Assembly (NCBI GenBank): GCA_012295275.1
Contig: CM022666.1
Coordinates: 5,890,001 to 5,954,000, forward strand
DNA: 64,000 nt
Source of the DNA: Chrysomallon squamiferum
Lineage: Eukaryota > Animalia > Mollusca
Direction: 5' to 3'
Positions within the stretch are counted from its first letter, which is position 1. Every line of letters starts with the position of its first letter. Positions 55,367 through 64,000 of the stretch are shown here, piece by piece. The notes beneath the pieces are model-generated. The model made no database searches and was not told the origin of the DNA. It saw only the letters and a program-made list of their open reading frames with translations. The position numbers were made by a program, and so were the translations under genes.

Positions 55367-56831
55367 TACTGTCCCAAAAAAAGAAACACAAAATAGTTGA
55401 TTTCTTAGGTAACTACTGTAAACTGACACATATCGATGTAAATAATGTATGAATAGAATGACACTTGGTGATTCAAACGTATAGCTTTTGTTACAGTCGC
55501 CAAAAAGCAGGTAACACAAAATAAAGGCTATGATCGTGTTTATTAGCCAAAACGTCCCCGCATGCAAACCACGTTACCAGTGCATGTGCACGTGCGGCAT
55601 ATGAAACTCGAATACTAGGGTTATAGAAATGCAAGGTTTTCGAATACTTCTGTTCCTTATTTTTGTTCTGACCCAACATCAAACAAATGGCACGACTGAG
55701 TGAACCACAACGAAACAACGCCATCGGCCGTTTACAAGCTGGCGAATCCTTCTCGGCCGTAGCCCGGGTGTTCCATGTATCCCCAAGCACCATCTTGAGA
55801 TTGTGGTATCGGTTGCAGCAACACCAAACAACACGTGACCGTCCCAGATCAGGTAGACCACGTGTAACCACCAGGACCCAGGACCGCTATATACGGGTAC
55901 TTCATCTACGGGAAAGAACCACCAGGTCTGCGTAGAATATCGGCTAGACAGTGCGCAATCGTTTAAGCGAGGTAGGTATTCGAGCAAGACGGCCTGTAAG
56001 AAGGGCGGTTTTGACTCGACAACATCGTCGACTACGACGTCAGTGGTGTCAAGTGCACAGAGTCTGGCCTTAATTACGATGGAGAACTGTCTGGTTTAGT
56101 GAAGAGGCTCGATTTCTGCTTCGTCGAGCTGATGGAAGATGTCGAGTTTACAGACGTCGTGGTGAACGTTTTTCTGCAAACTGCATACAGGAAGCGGACA
56201 GATTTGGCGGTGGTAGTGTGATGGTGTGGGCAGCAATCTCATACACTGGCAGGACCAACCTGGTTCACACCCAAGGCAACTTAACGGCACAGAGATAGCG
56301 AGATGAAATTTTGCAGCCACATTTCGTTCCAATTATGAATAATGGTAACGCTGTATTCCAGCACGACAATGCGAGACCACATACAGCCAGACTCACAACA
56401 GCGTACCTACACAACAATAACATTCAGGTCCTGCCCTGGCCCTCTAAATCTCCGGATTTGAACCCTGTAGAGCATTTATGGGACGAGTTGGATAGACGAC
56501 TGAGGCAGCATCAACCACAGCCACAGAATCGTGTTCAGTTGGCATTATTACTACAGACAGAGTGGGCCACCATTCCACAAGGTGTAATTCGTAATGTCAT
56601 TACTGCAATGGGAAGGAGATGTCAGGCAGTTCTGGACTTCCATGGTGGGCACAAAAGATACTGATATTATACTGTTATAACCTTGAACTTTAACCTTTTC
56701 AATTTAATACCATCAATATTAATGAAAAGTGTGTGTAAAATGTGAACATTCTGCTCCTTTCTGTTGATCCAGTAGACAGATCTTCCCAAAGTCAGTAAGA
56801 TCTACTTTTGCATTTCTTTTTTGTTAGAGTA
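55367..56831 (+). mobile_element. Near full-length defective Tc1 (DD34E) transposon
   Basis: Imperfect TIRs (tactgtcccaaaaaaagaaacacaaaa / reverse complement tactctaacaaaaaagaaatgcaaaa) flanked by TA. Transposase 55687-56664 has paired-like HTH, GRPR, GGGSVMVW and QHD-x34-E (SPDLNPVE), broken by a frameshift and stops; first catalytic D reads E (WFSEE). Confidence 0.93.
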
Positions 56832-56895
56832 TATCATCTGATGTAAATTTAGCTTTCATGGATCCATGCGTATAGGTTAGGTCACGAACATTTTT

Positions 56896-57036
56896 GCAAA
56901 CTACGTTACCAGTGCATCTGCACGTGCGCAGCATGAAACTTGAATACTAGGGTTATAAAAATGCTAGGTTTTCGAATACTTCTGTTCCTTATTTTTGTTC
57001 TCACCCAACTTCAAACAAATGTCACGACTGAGTGAA
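56896..57036 (+). mobile_element. Short extra fragment of the Tc1 5' region and start codon
   Basis: Diverged match to 55563-55704 (ending ...aaacaaatgtcacgactgagtgaa), between two tccatgcg...ggttaggtcacgaa copies; absent from the paralogous site near 46060-46085. Confidence 0.8.
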
Positions 57037-58714
57037 TCCATGCGCATACGTATTAACAAGGGTTAGGTCACGAAAAATTGTGTCCTATTTTTGTGGTACT
57101 ACAGTGTTTTTATGCTGTGTACTGGTAAAAAAATGTTAAAATATAAGGTTATTCAACTTACTGGGTAAAAAGAATTAAGCTGGGTAAACGTGCATTGTGG
57201 AACATCTACGAACGTGCATACTATTATGTCAGTTTAATTAATCTTTGCAGTCAATTCTTGCATGACACTAATCAGAGCAGAGGTGAGCTGGAAAAATAAC
57301 AACAAACACAAACAACACCAAAACAAAAAACACCAAAACAAAAAACACCAAAATAAAAAAAAAAAAAAAAAAAACAATAACAAATAAAAATAACAATACA
57401 AGCAAATCACAAGGAAAACATAACAACTGACTATTAACCAGGTAGTTTGTTATTTTTCATTCAATCACTCTTCAGTAGTCTAATCCTAAGTAAATTACAA
57501 AAAATGTAATCCAGAACATCTACATTATCTAATTTCAAATGTCCTAATACACTCCAGCTATTCACTGTAGTGTGTATCTACACAAGATCCACGGAGGCGC
57601 ACAGTCATGAAAAATAGATTATTCCCTGACCGAAAAATACTGTTTATTTGTATTCATTTGTTTTTAAAATTGTATAGTTGATCGTCGTGTTTACCTGGAC
57701 TAGATTTAACAGTTGTCTGGTATTTCAAGCAGGTGGTGAAATGAGATATCGCTGCAAACCACACGTTACGTGTTCATTCAAAGCCAGCGAGGTCACTGTA
57801 GCTTTGACTCAGAGTGAACACGTTGACATTGCATTTTCTAACAACTGCGTCGCTTAGATAAACAGCTGTTTATAAACACTGCTCGAGTAGACCTACTTTT
57901 AAAGATAAAGAGTGCACTGGTGAGTTTTAAAGCTTTTCCATTGAGCTACCTTTGTTATTGTCCGGCTTTTCAGACAGCAAATAAAACAGTCAAGGACGAC
58001 TGCTTAACTATTAAAACGTAAACATGATATATGTGTGTGAATGTGCACGTATGTAGGTGTATCTATATAAGTATGTGATATGTGCATGGTTATATAACAG
58101 CAACATTTAACATACTCTGTATAAAGTTAAAAAAAAAAAATTCTTCATAATATAAAAATTAAATCATGTCACTGACTGGTGTAGAAGTAAATAGTAAGTT
58201 GAAAAATGCTCTAATTAATTTTAATTCTTATTACAAAAACAAAAAAAGATTGGAAGAAAAAAAAAAAAGAACAAGAAAATTACAAATGCAGAACAAGACA
58301 TTTGTAATACTTTTAAAGTAACTATTCAAGTAATACAAAATAATGAACAGGTGACAAGAGGTATCTCTGTAGTCTTTATTTAACGACAATAACAGAAGCA
58401 ATAAATAATTCTAATGAATATAGTGATGATGATAAATTTAATAATAGTAGTAGCAGCAGCACTAATATAAATAGTAGTATTAAGAATAATTCTAATGATG
58501 ATGATTATATAGTAATAGTAGTGGCAGTAGTAATAGTGATGATGATAATAAAATTAATAATCATAATATTATGATTCTATAATGCTTCTAAAAAACAAGA
58601 GAATGCTTTAAATAGATTGTTTATTATGCAAGCTGATACATGAAATTTTAACTGCAACATTATATATATATATATATATAACATCCTTTTTAAAAGGAAC
58701 ATCCATTCCATTTA

Positions 58715-59116
58715 CCGTATATACTTGTGTATAAGTCGAATTTTTGGGAGACTATATTAAGGTAATTTTTGGGGGGTCGACTTATACATAGGTAATGCTT
58801 TTGTAGCTTTGTAGCTGTTGCTGAAGAGTCGCCATTTTGGAAACCGTCAGTACGGCGTTATGCCTTACGGCGTCTTGCAATGATTTAGGCTATAGCTCAT
58901 GTAATACATGCATTTACGGTATGTTCGTGCAAGTTATGTTACAGTAGGCGTACAATGTAGGCCTTCATGGCACTGTAACACTGGTCTAAAAATAGTGTAG
59001 GTGCCTGGAATCTACAGTCGACTTATAAACAAGTAATACCTAAAATGACGCAATTTTTGGTCTTAAAATACACATCGACTTATACATAAGGTCGCCTTGT
59101 ACACAAGTATATACGG
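58715..59116. mobile_element. 402-bp MITE, Tc2/pogo-type (Tc1/mariner superfamily)
   Basis: TIRs CCGTATATACTTGTGTA[T/C]AAG at both ends, TA duplication (58713-14, 59117-18) and internal repeated (g/a)tcgacttata motifs. Empty site with a single TA at 47580-47581 in the paralogous segment. Confidence 0.92.
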
Positions 59117-60247
59117 TATATACAAAATCACTGAATACAGCACACATTCATTTTACGTAGAACATTCCTAGAACACATTCACTGTACAAAGAAAAGCCAC
59201 TATGCATGGAGTATTCATTATCATTGAACACATAAAATTAATTATCTTTACAATATCCATAGATGTACATGTACAGAATATCAGCTATACAAAAACATCT
59301 AGAAAAGAACATCCATTGTGTACAGAACATCCACCATACAAGAACAGTCACTGTTCACTGAACATCTACTGTACTTGAGAATCCAATGTACAGTGTATAC
59401 AAAACATCTGTACAAGATCATCATTTTACACAAGACATAGACTGTAGAACATCTACTGTATGCAGAACATCCAGTGTATGCAGAACATCCACTGTATTCA
59501 GAACATCTACTGCAGAAGAAAACATATTGCACATAGAATATCAACTGTACTAGAGCATCCATTGCACAAAGAATATCCAGTGTACAAGAACATCCATTGT
59601 ACACAGAACATCTATTGTATAAGAATATCCATTGCACAATGTGAGTAAAACCTAAATTAATAGTAAATAAAACCTGAAGCAGAGTCCATCTTTTGTGAAT
59701 GATGACGATTTGCAATGATTATTTTATTAATTAAATTCTGGATGATGATGTAGACAATAAAATTCGGAATGATGAGGCTGACAGTAAGCTTAATCCCAAG
59801 GCGTAGATTAGTTCATCTGCTTTGCTCTTGTAGCAACATATAAATTATCTGTTAATTCTCGACTATCTGTGATTACAGAAGCAATGTTTTTATGTTAAAG
59901 GAGGAAGACACGTGAACATCATTGAAACTGTTTTCGTTTGATTTGGTCCAGTCTAACGTACTCTATTGTGAAGTGAAAAGTTGTCAAAGTCAAACGATAA
60001 GCAAAACATGCTCGTTCTCACATAGAAAGTCGGACAAAGAATCGTTTGATTAGGTCACCAGACTGAGGAAATTATTCTGTGACCTGTTAATTTTAACATT
60101 AAAAATGTACTGACAGTAAATTAATTTGTGAACTTTTACTTTTGATAAACGAACTTATTTATTTCATAATTCTTTGTGTTTTAAACTGAACTTAAATGTT
60201 CATGACTCCCTTAACAGTTCCTTATTCAAGATGTTCGTGTCTTTCTT

Positions 60248-61247
60248 TCAGAGCATATACAGGCCAAAGTAAGTTTTCTCAGGATCTCTCAAAATTCTGT
60301 TCACAACTGATGTTCTCACCACTACAGTGTCATTGGCTTTCAGGTAGTAAACAGCTCCAATGTAGGAAGTAACAAAACCTTCGTGCTTTCTTCGTACTTT
60401 GCATGTTGTTTGAGGATTTCTGTAGAGTACAACATAATTTGGATATTTTTCAATTGAGTGACACAGCCTAGCGTATTCTAGCTCTCTCATTTGGTTGGCA
60501 TGGAATAAAACGTTGCTGTATATGAAGTAGTAAGCAGCGTGTTTGACTTGAATCCCGTCAGCGACAACAGCAGCAGCTCCTTTCACAAACGATCTTTTAC
60601 CAGACGACGTCCATTTGATGAGAGGCTTCGGTGTGTCTGAAAAGTTTGTAAGAATAAATGATTTTTAAATAATATTTTTATTTTAAATTGTCAGCAGTTA
60701 TAGTTAGTATTACTAATATATTTGTGCAACTACTTCAAACTCCTGCTTTTGACTACTAGTGTTTCTAGTGATATTATCACTAGTAACACTGCTAGTACTA
60801 TTCTTATCATAATTTCTTCTATTATTCCCGAACCACCACTTATAACGAAGTGATTACTGCTACTATTACTTTTAATAGACAACGTTTTACGTAACTACTA
60901 CTATTACTTCTATTTTACTACTACCACATATATTACCAAATCACATCTTTTAACCGAGTACAACTGCTCTACTACTACTATCACTACTACTACTACTACT
61001 GCTGCTACTACTATTACTACTACTGCTACTACTATTACTAGTACTCTACTACTACTACTACTCTACTACTACTGCTACTACCACTGCTACTACTATTTGT
61101 ATTCTTACTTTTGTCATATGTTGCATTCACTTCCATTTGTAGATGAGCTGATGTCTTCACATTGTTTTTATTATTCAGACGATTAGCGACCTCTCTGATC
61201 TGTTTAAGTTTCTGTTCTGAAATATATATATATATATATATACACAT

Positions 61248-61294
<47 letters not shown>

Positions 61295-61752
61295 GACACT
61301 CCCACACATCCATACACTGATACTGTATACATACATAGACTCGTACACACGTACATGCAAATACATAATTATAAAAACTTCTGTGGAATTTTAAATTATG
61401 TGTGGTTATATGTTTCTATTTGTGTGTGTGCCTTTTTTGTGTTTTTGTCTGTCTGTGTTTGTTTGTCTTTGTCTTTGTCTTTGTGTGTTTGTATCCTTGT
61501 GTGTTTTCTGTGTTTCTGCGACTGTGTTTTTATGTATGTCTGTGTGTATATATGTGTCTGTGTTAACTTACCACTTTTCTCAGCTTTTGTGTGACTTTCA
61601 CTTAGTTTCTAAAAAGAACGTTAATAACCACTTTGAAACTCGTGCTTAATAATCAGTTTTAAATTTATAAATATTTTTCAGCACAGTTAATTTCTCCTTT
61701 TCATAATTCAAATATTATTTTCTTTTTAATTTTTTAAAATATTTTATCTTTT

Positions 61753-61784
<32 letters not shown>

Positions 61785-62107
61785 TTTCATACCTTTTCTT
61801 TGCTTCTATTTAATGTATTTAATTCAGAATTTGATACAGAATTTACCTTTTTCATAATTTCACTGATCACTTTTTCTCCATCTCTGTAACAGCAATACGT
61901 GGTATTGTTCCTGGTTCTGTTCGCAGATTTGTCATCACAACAGTTTTCTCCTGGTTTGCACAAGATTTTCACACACAGTTCCTGGTCAAACAACAAGTTG
62001 GTTTCTCTGTTCAGAAATTCTTTTAATGTTACAGATACAATGACACTGATGAGTATGAAGTTTAGTACCATAAGAGAAATGGCAATGACTGGACGAACTG
62101 GTACCAT
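60248..62107 (-). CDS. TNF-superfamily ligand copy 10, intact, 264 aa (TNFSF10/TRAIL-like type II membrane protein)
   Basis: Exons 61847-62107, 61572-61608, 61109-61216 and 60248-60636 total 795 nt, all GT-AG. Protein: MVPVRPVIAISLMVLNFILISVIVSVTL...LCVKILC..NCC..YCC...IMKK|KLSESHTKAEKS|EQKLKQ...TSAHLQMEVNATYDK|NTPKPLIKW...AAYYFIYSNVLF...SYIGAVYYLKANDTVVV...KTYFGLYML*. Confidence 0.92.
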
Positions 62108-64000
62108 TTTGTGTAACAACTTTTAATTCCTTTAGAAGTAATCTGCAAAACATGACAAAATAAATAAATAAATATTATTAGCAATAAATACACACTATTT
62201 GGAATGCTGCTCGATATAATTTGGATCTTTTTGTATTGAGTGACACACAGATACACACACGCATATACCTACTCTGTTTCGAAAGCTGCCGTCTAGGAGA
62301 AGGTCGAACACGTATTGTGCAGTAACTGATGTTGCAGTGCCAGCTGGTTCCATACTATCGTAAGCTGTATATCGATCGTAACGTGCGAGGCTAAAGCAAA
62401 TACACAAGGTATGGATGGATCATCTTCCATCCAGTTTATTCAGTCTACCCAATTTTTCATACCCCTTCTCCACAAAAAAAAACTTAACAACAACATAAAA
62501 TAAATAAATAAATAAATAAATAAATAAAAAGGATCCAAATAAATGATGTTGTCTCTTCCGTGGCTGTCATTATTTACGCATCTGCAAGGTATAAGGATTT
62601 GTTACACGTAATCGGAATAATATCTGTAGTCATCTATTTATTATTACATGGCCAGGAATATAAAATGTCTCAAAAATATCTCCCTGTGACAGAAGAATCT
62701 TCTGTTTGTAATTATCACTTGTAGCATGACTGTTGATTCGATCTGCCGAATAAATAAATAAATAAATAAAGTAAAATAAAATAAATTAAAATAAAAAAAA
62801 TAATATAAAAATTAATTAGTGATAAAAATAAATTAAAAACAAAAATAAAATAAAACTGAAATAAATGAATGAATAAATAAATAAATAAAAATACAAAACA
62901 TTAAAAAAAAATGTAAAATAAATAAATACAATAAGATAAATTAATTAATTAATTAATTGAAACAATAAAATAAATGTAATAAAATCAAATTAAATAAAAT
63001 CTGAATAAAATAGAATAAAAACAGTAAAATAAAAATAAAAAAACAAACCAATAAATAAACCAACCCCCCCCCCAAAAAAAAAAACAATATATAAATAAAA
63101 AATAAAAATAAAATAAATGAAAACGAAATAGTCCGTGTGTCACATGACTGTCGTGGGGCCCAGCGCATAAGAGGTGTTAGCTTTCAAGTGCTAACGAACC
63201 TATTAAACGAACCTATATTTGTAACACAATATTTGTATTACAAAGATAATTATTTATTTTACACATGTATACTTATTATTATTTAGTGGTTGAGGACGTG
63301 GGAGTTGGCGTTAAATGAAACACTGTAATTCTTAAATCTTTTAATTTTCCCTAACAGGTTTTGTTAGAAATAAATATATGACTCAAACTCTCTATGGAGC
63401 ATATACAGGATACATCAAATTGATCAACAAATCAAACAGAGCATACAGAAACAGGATAATCATTTGTCCCTGCTTCCGCCTTAAACAAAGATAACGCAAA
63501 GTTTATTTACCAACATAAATGCCTAATAATGGCCGCCAACTCTTCGTCCTACTCGTGTCTTGTCTTTGTTTTTACACACCTTAACTGGCCCAGTTGTTAC
63601 ACAGTCAGTTTAGGGATTAAGTAAGCACACCCCTACAGACTTAGTGGAGCAGTCTCATCTGCTCAATTCAATTCCTCTTTGCAAGCATGGATTCTCAACT
63701 GTAAGGACTTGTGTTTATATTTGTAATACCTTATACAGTCATAGAGATAATAGAATTTATCAACACGTCCCAACCTAGGAACTACACACAAACATCAATG
63801 TCTTTATTATAACTGGTGTTTTTATTGTAATACCCGGTACAAAGTGTTGTAATGAGGACAATGACTTTTGTTTACATAAAACCTCATCGGTGAAATCATT
63901 TATTTGAATAGCAAGCTTGGAAAGATCAAATTTGAAAATGTTGTGATTGTAGCCTATAATCCTCTTAACAATTTGATAGAAAACACGTATAGTCCTCTAA

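Noticed and set aside
55687-56664. Active Tc1 transposase
   Set aside because: Frameshift, several in-frame stops and a substituted first catalytic aspartate.
59270-59715. CRISPR-like array or Cys-rich repeat protein
   Set aside because: Head-to-tail degenerate ~18-bp minisatellite with no unique spacers, in eukaryotic DNA with no cas genes.
59900-60247. AU-rich instability elements in the TNF 3' UTR
   Set aside because: Only isolated ATTTA pentamers, as expected by chance at this AT content; no overlapping cluster.

Overview
AT-rich, microsatellite-dense animal genomic DNA with spliceosomal introns. An invertebrate (probably mollusc/lophotrochozoan) origin is inferred, not proven. Two exactly 200-N scaffold gaps (17318-17517, 44943-45142) split it into three contigs. 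The left end holds exon 1 and intron 1 of a glypican (GPC4/6/Dlp class, minus strand). From ~14.9 kb to the end lies an array of 10 copies of a 4-coding-exon TNF-superfamily ligand gene (type II membrane anchor, Cys-rich stalk, TNF homology domain). Two copies are intact (264 aa; 48655-50519 and 60248-62107). One is full length but frameshifted in a homopolymer. Five share one breakpoint that removes the last beta-strand of the TNF domain; three of these are still uninterrupted ORFs (265, 241 and 241 aa). Two gap-adjacent copies are full of indels. Interspersed are decayed DNA transposons that were amplified along with the array: FLYWCH/Mutator-like fragments, an ISL2EU-like element with TIRs and AT target duplication, Tc1 DD34E elements and a Tc2/pogo-like MITE with its empty site visible. 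The first contig ends in an inverted copy of the window's right end, so contig orientation and copy number need checking against reads. All calls were made by eye; no searches were run.
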